Position numbers and translations under genes: made by a program. Below the pieces are notes generated by a model. That model saw nothing but the letters and a program-made list of their open reading frames with translations. It was not told the origin of the DNA and searched no databases. From an uncultured delta proteobacterium (GTDB lineage: Bacteria; Desulfobacterota; BSN033; UBA1163), in NCBI GenBank assembly GCA_963827685.1, contig CAWHBU010000003.1, positions 800,001-864,000 of the forward strand: 64,000 nucleotides of DNA, in the 5' to 3' direction. Numbering within the stretch: the stretch's first letter is position 1; each line of letters starts with the position of its first letter. Below, piece by piece: positions 1-9,808 of the stretch.

Positions 1-201
1 TCCATTTTAACGTGGGTCGCCAATTTTCGCAGGGCCATATCGTTGCGGAGATACAAATTCATCAGGCAGAAGGACAATAGTATTCTCGCAAAGGGTGAAA
101 CCAATTGGGTCTTTGTGAATGCGAAGACCAGACGTCCGATCACGATCCCAGAAGAGGTGAGAAAAACATTCCAACTCGTTACCGAAGATCAAGAACCATA
201 A
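1..201 (+). CDS. acyl-CoA thioesterase (YbgC/FadM-like hotdog fold), 5'-partial
   Basis: Frame 1 is open from base 1 to TAA at 199-201: SILTWVANFRRAISLRRYKFIRQKDNSILAKGETNWVFVNAKTRRPITIPEEV. Not in the ORF track; translated by hand. Confidence 0.8.
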   Translation, partial: SILTWVANFRRAISLRRYKFIRQKDNSILAKGETNWVFVNAKTRRPITIPEEVRKTFQLVTEDQEP

Positions 202-340
202 CGTGGAAGGTCACCGGGAGCCAGATTTATCGGCGATCCGCTGGATGGCGTTGGGCAGATCAGTCATGCTTTTTGTACCAGGCACCAGCTCCTCGACAGA
301 ATTTAAAAATCTAATGACCATCCCTTACAATAACCGATCG

Positions 341-742
341 CTAAAAAAGCGGGATATTCTTCGGTGCCTCTGTAAAAGAGAATAATGTCGCTACTGCTTC
401 CGTAAAGTAAAAGGTCACAAAGCTCTCATCGTCCGCTCCTTTGGGATAAATCCTTAGAAGATTGGGGGACTCTTCGAAAGCCTGGGCTTTTGCCTCACGG
501 GTTTCATCAAATGCAATTCTGCCTCTTATTCTCAGCCACACATTATTCCCCATATCCGAAATCTCAATGTCTGGATTCTTCTTTAACTGCTTATACACGT
601 CCTTGGTTTTATTGGTGCAGAAATACAGTTTATTGTTCCTTTTCATTATGAAGCCAAAGGGACGGACTCTGGCTTTAGCTCCATCGACAGTGGCAATGTG
701 AAAAACAGGGCTGGCTTTTATAAACTCAAAAGCAGTATTCAT
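341..742 (-). CDS. pyridoxamine 5'-phosphate oxidase family (NimA/NimC-like) protein
   Basis: FHIATVDG..RVRPF...LYFCTNKTKDVYKQL..NP.IEI split-barrel signature; AGGAGG RBS. Confidence 0.85.
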   Translation of the reverse strand: MNTAFEFIKASPVFHIATVDGAKARVRPFGFIMKRNNKLYFCTNKTKDVYKQLKKNPDIEISDMGNNVWLRIRGRIAFDETREAKAQAFEESPNLLRIYPKGADDESFVTFYFTEAVATLFSFTEAPKNIPLF

Positions 743-825
743 GTGAACCTCCTAAAAAGAATTTTGTTTGGTATATCTTAACTCTTATTAAACGTGATAT
801 TCAAATATACAGCGCTCGAATTCAC

Positions 826-857
826 CGGGCGCCGTTGGCTCCAGCGCGGTGTTAGGC
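826..857 (-). other. truncated attC site (left half only)
   Basis: The stop of ORF 852..1115 lies within GCCTAAC (RYYYAAC), followed by a 5-nt spacer and L-box-like GCTGGAGC-CAACGG. No complementary right half is visible. Confidence 0.55.
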
Positions 858-1115
858 ATCATCGCTGTCATGTGGCTTGTCACCAATTTCTATGACCTCG
901 ATGCTCAACAAATCTTTCCATTTCTCCAGCCATACTCCGAATAAAGAGAAACCCTCTGCTTCCATCAACTGAAAACATCGGTCACCATCTTTTTCAAGCC
1001 AGCTATCCAAATACACCAACCCTTGCGGCAGCATCCTGCCCTCCGCGCGAAACCTCTCGTAGACCTTCTCTTTGCACCCCGGAAAAAAGGTTTCGATGAC
1101 CATGTATTGCTTCAT
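852..1115 (-). CDS. DUF3303-family small protein (integron cassette gene)
   Basis: YMVIETF...VYERF...GRMLP.GL.Y..SW.....RCFQLME; lies between attC sites. Confidence 0.8.
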   Translation of the reverse strand: MKQYMVIETFFPGCKEKVYERFRAEGRMLPQGLVYLDSWLEKDGDRCFQLMEAEGFSLFGVWLEKWKDLLSIEVIEIGDKPHDSDDA

Positions 1116-1132
1116 ATCTTCCCGCCAATGAC

Positions 1133-1190
1133 GCTGAACGATTTAGGTCAGCAGCGGCTGTAAGCCATCTGCTGGATGCCTTGGTTCGCT
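1133..1190 (-). other. attC integron recombination site (58 bp)
   Basis: Minus strand reads AGCGAAC-caagg-CATCCAGC-ag-atggct tac agccg-ct-GCTGACC-taaatc-GTTCAGC: AAC/GTT cores, paired L boxes with an extra base, and a central hairpin. Confidence 0.8.
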
Positions 1191-2846
1191 CATCTGCCAT
1201 TCCGCCCGAAGATCGCATCGCAAGATGGATGTCCAGTTCGTCTCATCCTGATGGGTTCTCATCCGAATCGTGCAGACACAGCCCCCTGACGATGGTGCGA
1301 TGCTGTCTCGTCTCGATTACAGCCCCACCATCTGAATCGTATAACGCACGAATCGGGTCACGTGTCCTAATCTCTCCAATCTTGGAACCAGAGGGAGTAA
1401 ACCATTAGAAGCATTTGTTATCAAGGAGGCCAAAACCACTCGCAGTCACCAGCAACCGGCCCTGACGGAATACATCTAATAGAGCGACGAGGCGGTCAGG
1501 CCGCTCCAAGACGTACAACCGAGTTGGAGTGAGAAAATAGAGATAATCACCTACGTCCACGATCTCATCCGGTATGGTGCCGAGATCGTAGGCGCGCATA
1601 GGGACGCCTGCACTATCAACTTCGATCACCTTGCCAGAGTAAGTAGCCAGAAATGCTCCAGCACTGTGCGCCAAAAAAGAAGCACCGTACACCCAGTCTT
1701 GGGCTGGGCCGTTTGGCCCCCAGATTTCAAGCCGGATAGGACCAGCTTCGATAACCTGATCCGGCGCCTTGCGGCGGAAATAGGTCACTTCTGCCTCCTC
1801 GACATTGATATCAATCATCGCAGGGTCTACGCCCGTTAGTATTTCGAATGCCTTATTGATCTCCTGCATGCGCCTATGTGCACTGGGGTCGCCGGGATTA
1901 AGATCCGGATGATGCCGGAGCGCTATCATCCGAAATCTCTTCTTAATCTCTTGCGGAGTTACTGGTAGTGCAAGACCGAGCCTGCGTAACGCGGCCTCGA
2001 CTTCCATCCCAGGGCCAGTTCGCTCACTTCGTCCGACTGCACGCACCCAACCCTCATTGAGCGGCATCCGTACGCCCCAGGCCGATTCTCCCTCCATTGA
2101 ACAGCACCAAGCCTCGTCGGCAAGTGTGAACAAATGGAACTTGCCATCCGCGCTCACGTCAACGGCGCGGACTTGGCTTCGAAACTCGCCCCAATAGTTC
2201 GTATCAGTGGTTCTAAAATGTTCCTTGATACGCCTATCGCTTTGCAAATCCCGTTCGGCCACTAAGCCAAGAGAACTGTTGTATATGTGAAGCCTTCCAG
2301 CGCTATCCATTATAGCGCAAAACGCGCTCAACGGGCCCCAACCGACCCTGTAAAAATCATGGTTTGTGGCTCGCTCCGCCACGAGCTTTCCAACACGATC
2401 AAATTTCCGTAGCGCTCCAGGTCCACCGGCAGCCAGTTTACTCCTTCCGCCCCCCTCGCCGTAAAGCGTGCCGTCCACAGTGAACGCCATGAGATGCAAA
2501 GCAGTGTCCGGCCTCTCGTCTTTCGATAGCGCCTTGACTTCACCCAAGCTCCAATTGGAGGCGTCTGCCAATACGAACAATGGTTCACTGTCGGCGGGAA
2601 GAACTTGTGCTGGCAAAAAACTATGCTTAATGCCTGCCTTGTCGAGTTCAGAAAGGATTTTGTTATAGCGTCGCTTGTCCGCGTCCGTGCAATGTGCTGG
2701 TACGTTTTCAATCATCTCCTGTGCCCACCGCGCGGCGGGTTCGATCTGACCGGCTTTCAAACGTTTTTGAATAGTGTCCCGGTAAGCTTTTGCAACAATC
2801 TCACCAGCTTGGCCGGAAAGCTGTTCCGGCTTCAGTTCTGCAGCTA

Positions 2847-3951
2847 TTGAGTTTCGCATAAATAATGGAACGCTACTCTCTAGTCCATGGGAGATCAGAA
2901 GCATAGATGCATGACCGGAGGAGTTTCTGTGATTGCCTGAGTCTTCGTCTCGAGTTTCGAAGCATTTTCTTAAGATCATTTAGACTTTCCGGTACACTGT
3001 TGGACAAGGCACGGTCAGTCTGGTTCCAAACATACTCAGCCGGATTAAGCTCGGGAGCATAGGCCGGAAAGTATTCCATATGAATTCTAGGGTGCCGAAG
3101 AAGAAACTGTTTAACTTCCTTTCGCCGATGGATGGTGGCTCGATCCCACAACAGGAACATGGGTCCCCTGATATGTTGGAGCAGTTCTTTAAGAAAAGAC
3201 CGAACATCCAGACCGGTGAGGTTCCATGCCCGAAATCGGAGATAAAGGGCCAACCGCTTTCGTTTCGGGGAGACCGACAAAGCACTGATAGAGGAAATCC
3301 TATCCTGTTTGTACAGGTGGTAGAAGACAGGGGTTTTCCCTTTTGGAGCCCAGGTGCGGCGAATGTTTGGAATGAGTAAGAAGCCAGACTCATCAAGAAA
3401 GACCAGCTGGGCCCCAAGTCTTTTGGCGTTTTTTTATATGCGGCCACCGGTGAACCTTCCAATGTACGATCTCTTTGTCGTCCCTTTGTAACGCCCGACG
3501 CTCTGGTTTCTGACAACTCCATCCCATGCCCTGAAGCAACCGCCACACATGATTGGGGTGATACCGGATACGAAAGTGTTTCAGAATGGTTTGAGCGATC
3601 CGCTTCAATGTCCACAGATCGGTCCGATATCCTGCGGCCAGAGGACCCGCCAAAAGCAGTTCCGCTAACTTCTCTTTCTCGATTCGAGACAGCTTCGGAG
3701 GACGTCCTGGAATGGCCTTCGAGCGAAGGGCCTCCGATCCGCCTTCTTGGTACTGTTGAAACCATCGGAAGACTGAGCTTTTTGATGCCCCCACCGAACG
3801 CGCTATGGCCGAAAGACTGGCCTTGCCTTCTTTCAACAACGAAATGGCGCCTCGACGGCGCTTCTCCAGTTCCTCTTGGGATCCATGGGGTCTCATGCCC
3901 CATATTATAGCAGAAAAAGTTAAAACGTTCCATTATTTATGCGAAAGTCAA
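2847..3951 (-). mobile_element. IS630-family insertion sequence
   Basis: Terminal inverted repeats TTGA(G/C)TTTCGCATAAATAATGGAACG; TA duplicated at 2845-46 and 3952-53; empty site AGCTAGCT. Confidence 0.95.
2873..3896 (-). CDS. IS630 transposase, two ORFs joined by a -1 frameshift
   Basis: HTH ORF 3393..3896. At the A7 run near 3430-3436 the -1 frame reads KNAKRLGAQLVFLDESGF.. LWDRATIH.. YAPELNPAEYVW (DDE). Confidence 0.92.
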
Positions 3952-4293
3952 TAGCTTGGTCACTTTCGTATACTTCCGCTGCCATCCGGCTTGGAATATG
4001 TCCTTTAGGAGGGGATCTATGAATTCGCGGTGGAACTCATCTCGTCCATCGACTTCCCACGTACGGGGTGCTGGAGGTAGCGGAACATATTCAACAGAAT
4101 TTAGGTCAACGTCTCTCGGAGCATCCTTACGCGCATGGCCCTTGCAGTCATTAACACTGCGGGTTACTGCGTTTTCTGCGCAGCTCTCGTCGTGTTTGCC
4201 GAATAAGCGGGACAGGATGCTCAAAGGTCCTACCTCTTCGTTATGCCCCTATGCTTAAGCATCGGGCCATCAGCTTACATTCATTTTCAAGAC

Positions 4294-4360
4294 ACATAAC
4301 GTTCGGCGATGAGTGAAGCGCACCGCCCTCGCGGGAATTTGCCTTGCTTCATCGGTTGCC
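4294..4360 (-). other. degenerate attC-like site
   Basis: GATGAAGC ... GCTTCACTCATC-gccgaac-GTTATGT between two cassette-like genes; spacing of the left core is non-canonical. Confidence 0.45.
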
Positions 4361-4397
4361 TCTCCGACGCAGTCTCCGTCGAGCGCTGCAGAACCAA

Positions 4398-5393
4398 TCA
4401 ATTGAACTGGTAACGACTCCCCAACACCGCTCGGTTCACCAATAAAGTTCCCTGCAACGCTTGCTCCAGCAACAACGAATATGATCGGGCACCACCCACC
4501 AATTTGACCTGACGTCTGAACTCCGGCGTGGCTTGCCATTCCTCTAGAATGCCACGATCGTCAAAAATCAGCTCCTTAAACGTGCTGCTGATCGCACGGC
4601 GACGGTACTCCCTGAGCTTCGCCTTGGGAATCCCGGACTTGACGATCCAACACCCCTCGGGCCGACGCGTGTCTAGCCGGATCTCTGCAAGAAGTCGCGG
4701 CGAAAGCGGAACCATCACGCTTGTCGGTCTGATGAGCACAGGCGTGTCGGGAAGCGGAAAGGCGTGGTCCGCAGTACGATATACGAGCCATTGCGAGGTA
4801 GCCAGTGGTTCAACAAACATGAAGAGGGCGTCTGGGTGCCCCATCGTTTGTTTGAAGAGCCAGAAGTACTCAAACGCCTCCATGCCCACCGCGCTGGTAC
4901 GCTCAAGAGCGGACCGAAGGAGTGCGTGACTCCGTAAGTACTGGAACGTAACAAATGCGGAGAGGTGCGCGATCTGCTCTCGGTTTTCGATGTTCTCCTT
5001 GGTCGCCACGGCGAGTAGGGTCTGATAGGCTGGACTCTTCTCAAGCGAGTCGAGTACTTGCTCGAAAGGCATCATAAGCGTCTCAGGGTGGCCCTCCATG
5101 TCTTTCACGAAGGTGTCGTACTTTTCAGGAAAGAACCTCTTACAGAACCGCCTCATGGCATCGGGTGTTATCTTGCCGACTCCAATTCCCTTGTCGAAAT
5201 GCACGTCCTCAACGGATGTTTCGAGTATCTTGTCGGCTCGGACATTCAAGGAAAAGACCGTCTGCTCCCTTGCCCGGAGGCTGATGGGGCTACCCGAAAT
5301 CGCATTAGCGAGATAGCTGCGATTCCAAAGCGCAGACCAGAAACATGGGTTCGAGTGATTTCTATTCGTGAGGTTCATGCGTCCAACATCCAC
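4398..5393 (-). CDS. hypothetical protein, DUF4238-like
   Basis: N-terminal NHSNPCFW..LW and C-terminal FPLPDTPV...VPLSPRLL resemble DUF4238; visibly GC-richer than core genes. Confidence 0.55.
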   Translation of the reverse strand: MDVGRMNLTNRNHSNPCFWSALWNRSYLANAISGSPISLRAREQTVFSLNVRADKILETSVEDVHFDKGIGVGKITPDAMRRFCKRFFPEKYDTFVKDMEGHPETLMMPFEQVLDSLEKSPAYQTLLAVATKENIENREQIAHLSAFVTFQYLRSHALLRSALERTSAVGMEAFEYFWLFKQTMGHPDALFMFVEPLATSQWLVYRTADHAFPLPDTPVLIRPTSVMVPLSPRLLAEIRLDTRRPEGCWIVKSGIPKAKLREYRRRAISSTFKELIFDDRGILEEWQATPEFRRQVKLVGGARSYSLLLEQALQGTLLVNRAVLGSRYQFN

Positions 5394-5465
5394 GTCACGC
5401 GGGCCGAACTTATTTTTTACCCTTCTTCTATATATGCTTCACATTATAGTTAATAGAGGGGGGCT

Positions 5466-5579
5466 GTCAACCCTTCGACTCCCCGGCCTGAAAGCCCGGG
5501 CTTGCTCAGGGTTGACCCTGAAGGGCGCTTCTTTACCCCGCCTCAAAAGGCGTGGCTAGGCGCCGTCGAATGGGTCAAC
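5466..5579. repeat. palindromic non-autonomous element, GTCAACCCTT...GGGTCAAC family, copy 1
   Basis: GTCAAC/GTTGAC stem with two IS200/IS605-end-like hairpins (CCCCGGCCTGAAAGCCCGGG and CCCCGCCTCAAAAGGCGTGG); related copy at 8818..9015. Confidence 0.7.
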
Positions 5580-5715
5580 GATTAATTGCTGATTTGACAA
5601 TGGAAACCGTCTTAGTCATCGGTGTAATAGTACAAAATTTATTATTATACAGGATTGATATAATATTCGCGGTTGTTATGGAATAGGTCGATGGGATATC
5701 TCGAGAGTCCGGAAC

Positions 5716-6825
5716 TCACGAGTTTAAGATTGTTCTCCGGCCATTATAACGGTCTGTATCATATTGGGTTTGGACATCGACCAAGTTCAATTTGCCAATG
5801 GCTTCTCTTAATGGAACGGCAGCGATCCGTCCGTTCCGATAGCTTACCATTTTCCCGAAATCTTCCTTCACGATTAGGTCCACGGCTGCAATGCCAAAAT
5901 ACCTTGCCATTCTTCGGTCATAGGCACAGGGGACGCCTCCCCGCTGCAAATGACTCAAGGTGATACTCCGCGTCTCGATCTTTGTTGAACCCGAAATCTC
6001 TCGTGCTAAAAATTCTCCCACTCCTCCCAATGTCTTATGACCAAAACTATCCATACCCTCTTCTTTGGTAATCGGACCATATCCAGAAGGCTTCGCTCCT
6101 TCGGCAGTCACAATAATATCGTATCGGAGTCCTTTTCTTCTTCCTTCCGAAACTAATTGGTTGACCTTTTCAATCTCAAAATCGTATTCTGGAATCAGAA
6201 TGATATAGGCCCCGCTCGATTCCCCTCCTTCCAGAGCTAACCAACCCGCATGCCTTCCCATCGTCTCCACGATAAAGATCCTTCGGTGAGAGCCTGCAGT
6301 CGTTCGCAGGCGATCAATCTCTTCTGTAATCACATTCACGGCGGTTTCAAATCCCAATGTGTAATCCGTTCCCGAGAGATCTTTATCGATGGTCTTAGGA
6401 ATACCTGCCACCTTCACGCCATCCAGAGAAAGCTTGTGAGCCACTCCGAGGGTATCTTCTCCGCCGATTGCCACTAAATAATCAAAATGATATTTATGTA
6501 TATTTTCGAGGACGATCTTGGATCGATTGTTCTTGGAATCATAGGGATTGGTTCGTGAAGTTCCGAGCATGGTCCCTCCATATCGATCCCAGGTTCTCAC
6601 CATCTCCTCTGTCAAGGTGTAAATCCTTGGAGTCGGATCATCGTCGTCGCCGTTTGGCGAAACAAGGCCTTTCCAACCATCCCGAATTCCAACGACCTCA
6701 TATTCGATCTTCCTGGTCTTCTGAAGCCGGTCATCCAATGCCGTTTTCACGACCCACTTGATCGCTGAATTGAGTCCAGCACAATCCCCGCCCCCCGTCA
6801 GAACTCCAATTCTTTTCTTTTCCAT
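5716..6825 (-). CDS. pfkA: 6-phosphofructokinase, probably PPi-dependent
   Basis: TGGGDCAGLN, GGEDT, PKTIDKD and MGRHAG motifs; GGAGG RBS before MEKKRIG. Confidence 0.93.
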   Translation of the reverse strand: MEKKRIGVLTGGGDCAGLNSAIKWVVKTALDDRLQKTRKIEYEVVGIRDGWKGLVSPNGDDDDPTPRIYTLTEEMVRTWDRYGGTMLGTSRTNPYDSKNNRSKIVLENIHKYHFDYLVAIGGEDTLGVAHKLSLDGVKVAGIPKTIDKDLSGTDYTLGFETAVNVITEEIDRLRTTAGSHRRIFIVETMGRHAGWLALEGGESSGAYIILIPEYDFEIEKVNQLVSEGRRKGLRYDIIVTAEGAKPSGYGPITKEEGMDSFGHKTLGGVGEFLAREISGSTKIETRSITLSHLQRGGVPCAYDRRMARYFGIAAVDLIVKEDFGKMVSYRNGRIAAVPLREAIGKLNLVDVQTQYDTDRYNGRRTILNS

Positions 6826-6851
6826 ATCTCCTCCAAAATCATTCTTAAAAA

Positions 6852-6944
6852 ACACGAGTCACGCTTGCGCGCCCTGCCTTCGCCGAAGCGGCTTCGCGCA
6901 GACAGGCGTAACGCAGGCACTTCGGCGTGCAAGCACGGACACGT
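6852..6944. repeat. nested REP-like hairpins inside a CACGAGT/CACGGA array
   Basis: GCTTGCGCGCC...GGCGTGCAAGC encloses CCTGCCTTCGCCGAAGCGGCTTCGCGCAGACAGG; flanked by ACACGAGTCACG and CACGGACACG. Confidence 0.65.
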
Positions 6945-6947
6945 TAT

Positions 6948-7098
6948 TTACCAAGGAGTCCATAATTGAAAAGACATATTGTTGTGAAAATCTCCCCTAA
7001 CCCCTCTTTTTCAAAGAGGGGAAATTCCTCCCTTTTGTAAAGGGAGGGTAGGAGGGATTTAGTCTTCAACGTCCATACAATTATGGACTGATTAGTAA
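6948..7098. mobile_element. MITE with ~21-bp TIRs and CCCCTCTTT..AAAGAGGGG hairpins
   Basis: TTACCAAGGAGTCCATAATTG / CAATTATGGACTGATTAGTAA ends; second, right-truncated copy at 31349..31462. Confidence 0.75.
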
Positions 7099-7105
7099 TT
7101 ATTTA

Positions 7106-8210
7106 ATACAAACGCATTAAGTAATGTTACATAGCCTACGAATCTTTTGACAAGACCATGAGCGAGTTGTTTTACAAACGACAGACCAAAGATTATCAAG
7201 GTTTTCAAACCAACGGTTGGTGGTGGATTCATAGCGAACACTGCGCCAAATCCGTTCTTGCACGTTTAATCCCGGTTGATACGGGGGTAAATATTCGATA
7301 TGGAGCCTCGGATGTTTTTTAAGAAATTGTTCGATGGGATCGCCTCTGTGCCAGCGGGCCCTGTCGACATAAAGCCAAATGGTATATCCTTTAAGCCTTC
7401 CATAGAGGTGGCGCAAAAGTTTGAGAAACCCTTCTCTATCCCCCCGTTTTGTCTGAATCATGCCATAGCGTCCAAGCAAAGGATTGACCCACCCAGAGAT
7501 ATTCAAACGGATACGATGCTGGCTGGTCGTGGGAATCTTAAGACGCTTTCCTTTTTTCGCCCAGCCCCGGCTAAGCCTGGGGTGCATCGTAAAGCCTGTC
7601 TCATCCTGGAATACAATTGTCTCTTTTGGCCCCAGGGACTCAAGTTTTTTTTAAAGCCCGCTGGAACTTTCGGGCTTCTTGGCTTTGTGCTTGAAGATAA
7701 GAATAACTCGCTCTCTTTAACCGATAACCCAAATGATGCATCCAGCGTTGGGCTTGCCGCACCTTCAGGTTTATCCCGAAAGACCGTTTCAGATGAATCG
7801 CAACCGTTGGCCCATCCCATTGAGTCCGGTTTAAACCAAATTCCCGCGGAGACTTCTCTAAGTGTCCCTCCAGCACCCTTTGAATCTTTGTCTCTAACCG
7901 TGGAGGCCTTCCCGATCTTGGCTTGGATTTTAAGAACTCTAAGCCGTCTTTGTTCACCCCGTGAATCCATCGGCTTAAACTCATCCGGGTCAACCCTAAC
8001 ACCTCGGTTATCCATCCCGGACGTTGCCCTTCAAGCACCAGGAGTAAGGCGGCTATCTTTATGCCTATCCAAGCCCCTGATATTTGTTCGGCTAATGCTA
8101 ATAAACGCTCTTTATTGGCCTCTTTATGCTCTAAGATTAATGTGGGATTTTTCATGCCCACATATTAACATAAATAAACTGTTATGTCACTTTATTTAGG
8201 ACGTTTGTAT
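7106..8210 (-). mobile_element. IS630-family insertion sequence (distinct from the first)
   Basis: Imperfect IRs beginning ATACAAACG; TA at 7104-05 and 8211-12. Confidence 0.9.
7117..8161 (-). CDS. IS630 transposase, two ORFs joined by a -1 frameshift
   Basis: HTH ORF 7640..8161 ends TTA AAA AAA ACT TGA; the -1 frame reads KKLESLGPKETIVFQDETGFTMHP.. YVDRARWH.. YQPGLNVQERIW. Confidence 0.92.
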
Positions 8211-8681
8211 TAGTTTTCTGCAGAAAGTAATCCGATCATTGCCGAGGTAATAATAATCCGGGATTCTTGCCACCTCCTGAAATCCATTCTTCAGATAAAA
8301 CTTCCGAGTCTTTTCATACTGAGGTATGGTAGAGGTATCTGCAAGAATCATCCGCCCTCCCTTTGCTTTCACAACCTCCTCTAAGAAACTCAAGAGTTTT
8401 GAACCTATCCCCTTTTCCTGGAAATCAGGGTCCACAGCAATCCAGTAGAGGTCGAAGGTTCCCTGGGTCATGGGGGTGAAGCCATAACAGATATAACCGA
8501 TGGCCTGATCCTGATCATCCACCATGCAATCAATCTGATAATCCTTTTGCTTCTCATCCTCCAGTACGATATTGATCAATTCCATCGCCACATCGATTTC
8601 CGCAGAAGTGAAGGCCCACGTCTTGATCAACATCGAAAGCAGCTTTGCCCTATCTTTCTCTAACAATGGACGAATTTTCAT
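8196..8681 (-). CDS. GNAT family N-acetyltransferase
   Basis: LYWIAVDPDFQEKGIGSKLL motif A; FYLKNGF. Confidence 0.9.
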   Translation of the reverse strand: MKIRPLLEKDRAKLLSMLIKTWAFTSAEIDVAMELINIVLEDEKQKDYQIDCMVDDQDQAIGYICYGFTPMTQGTFDLYWIAVDPDFQEKGIGSKLLSFLEEVVKAKGGRMILADTSTIPQYEKTRKFYLKNGFQEVARIPDYYYLGNDRITFCRKLIQTS

Positions 8682-8817
8682 TGTACTGCCCTTGGGAAAC
8701 CTTTAACTTCTCTTGGAGAATTTTAAAAATTTTCGAGGTAACCCCTTCTTCGGAATTTATTCCATGTTCGTTGAATCATTTCCCCTTAAACAAAAGATAA
8801 AGAAAAAAAAGGAGTGT

Positions 8818-9015
8818 GTCAACCCTTCAGTTCTCCTACTGAAGGTTGGGGATTGCCCTCGGCCTGAGCTCGGGCCGTGGCTCAGCCTGCCTGCCGGTAG
8901 GCAGGGGTTGACCTGCACTTCAATAGACTCAGTGTCCTGAGCCTGCCGAAGGAAGCGGCGTTTTCTTCCCCGTCCTAAATAAGGATGAGGGCTTAGCGCG
9001 GTCGAGCGGGTCAAC
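8818..9015. repeat. GTCAACCCTT...GGGTCAAC family copy 2 with nested REP-like inserts
   Basis: Same ends as 5466..5579; carries CCTGCCTGCCGGTAGGCAGG and CCTGAGCCTGCCGAAGG inserts. Confidence 0.65.
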
Positions 9016-9183
9016 TGGATATTTCTGATGAAAGAAGATTTATGGAGAAGTTAAAAACTTGAACGGTATGCTCGGATGATGTTGGGGATATTTCGCGACT
9101 CTTGATCGACCTGTCGATGTGCATTTTTTCATCAAAGGAAGGCGTGAAGATCCCTGAATGGATGCGAGGAGAGCTTAAGGGCA

Positions 9184-9489
9184 TCAGAAGGTAGTCCCTG
9201 CCCTTGCTCCTTGACGCTCTATTTTTGATTCAGATCCCTCGAAGTCAAAACCCACAGGAGGTTTAGGCCGGGAAATTTCCCCTGTGATTCTATCAATGGA
9301 TATCCGTATGAAAAGGATGTGATCAATATCTACGTTGTCGCCCCAAAATTTCTTCCCCAACCCGATGATAGATTTCGGAGTAACTCGACTTAGGTCTTTT
9401 CTTCTTTCTGGCAATACGCCAATCAATTCATACCCTCTCATGTCATTGTGCCAGTAGTATTCATAAGCTACCATTCTGTAATCCTCCAC
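9184..9489 (-). CDS. hypothetical protein (may start at MVAYEYYW)
   Basis: Open frame with a GGAGG RBS before MVAYE and a sigma54 promoter upstream. Confidence 0.7.
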   Translation of the reverse strand: MEDYRMVAYEYYWHNDMRGYELIGVLPERRKDLSRVTPKSIIGLGKKFWGDNVDIDHILFIRISIDRITGEISRPKPPVGFDFEGSESKIERQGARAGTTF

Positions 9490-9514
9490 TCAGTTTTTCA
9501 ACTACTTAAAACCA

Positions 9515-9529
9515 GCAATTTCAATGCCA
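9515..9529 (-). promoter_or_regulatory. sigma54 (-24/-12) promoter
   Basis: TGGCAT-TGAAA-TTGC on the minus strand, matching TGGCAC-N5-TTGC, just upstream of 9184..9489. Confidence 0.8.
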
Positions 9530-9719
9530 CGCCTCGACGGTGATAATAAGTTATTAAAGTTAAACCGTTTTCCTAAAACATAGAGACTTTCTTCAAGAGC
9601 AAAAGTGGAAGCAATTTTCACAATAGTCCTGAATTGTTGCCATTAAAATATAAAAAGTTTTCCAAAACCTCTTTGATTTCTAAATCATTTTTTCTGCGGT
9701 GGAATTCACTCAAGAAATG

Positions 9720-9808
9720 TCTCTCACCCGTCCCCTCGTCGCCTGCCTGCCCCGCTCTCGGTCGGGACCGGGGCCAGCAGGCAGGGGAGAGGGAGGGGTG
9801 AAGGGGAG
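9720..9808. repeat. C-rich/G-rich palindromic repeat with nested hairpin
   Basis: CTCTCACCCGTCCCCTC..CCTGCCTG..CAGCAGGCAGG GGAGAGGGAGGGGTGAAGGG. Confidence 0.55.

Larger units (their letters stand above)
1243..4224 (-). pseudogene. J-domain (DnaJ HPD) / beta-propeller-like protein, disrupted by IS630 and a nonsense codon
   Basis: N-terminus 4224..3952 (..KYTKVTKL) rejoins in frame with AAELKPEQ.. once IS 2847..3951 and one TA are removed. Contains RHHPDLNPGDP. TAA at 1405-1407 is followed in frame by WFTPSGSKIGEIRTRDPIRALY.. to TGA at 1243-1245. Confidence 0.85.

Noticed and set aside
2980-3933. 317-aa ORF and other overlapping ORFs inside the IS630 elements (also 7300..8199 and 7503..8015)
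   Set aside because: They are shadow frames; the HTH and DDE motifs lie in other frames.
2847-8210. Both IS630 elements measure 1105 bp, suggesting two copies of one IS or a composite transposon
   Set aside because: The IRs and transposases are clearly different; the equal length is probably coincidence within the normal IS630 size range.
8713-9014. ORFs over repeat-rich intergenic DNA (also 19569..19769, 21577..21909, 24677..24910, 31228..31416 and 36754..36975)
   Set aside because: They are translations of MITE/REP/array sequence or antisense to real genes, with no protein-like motifs.
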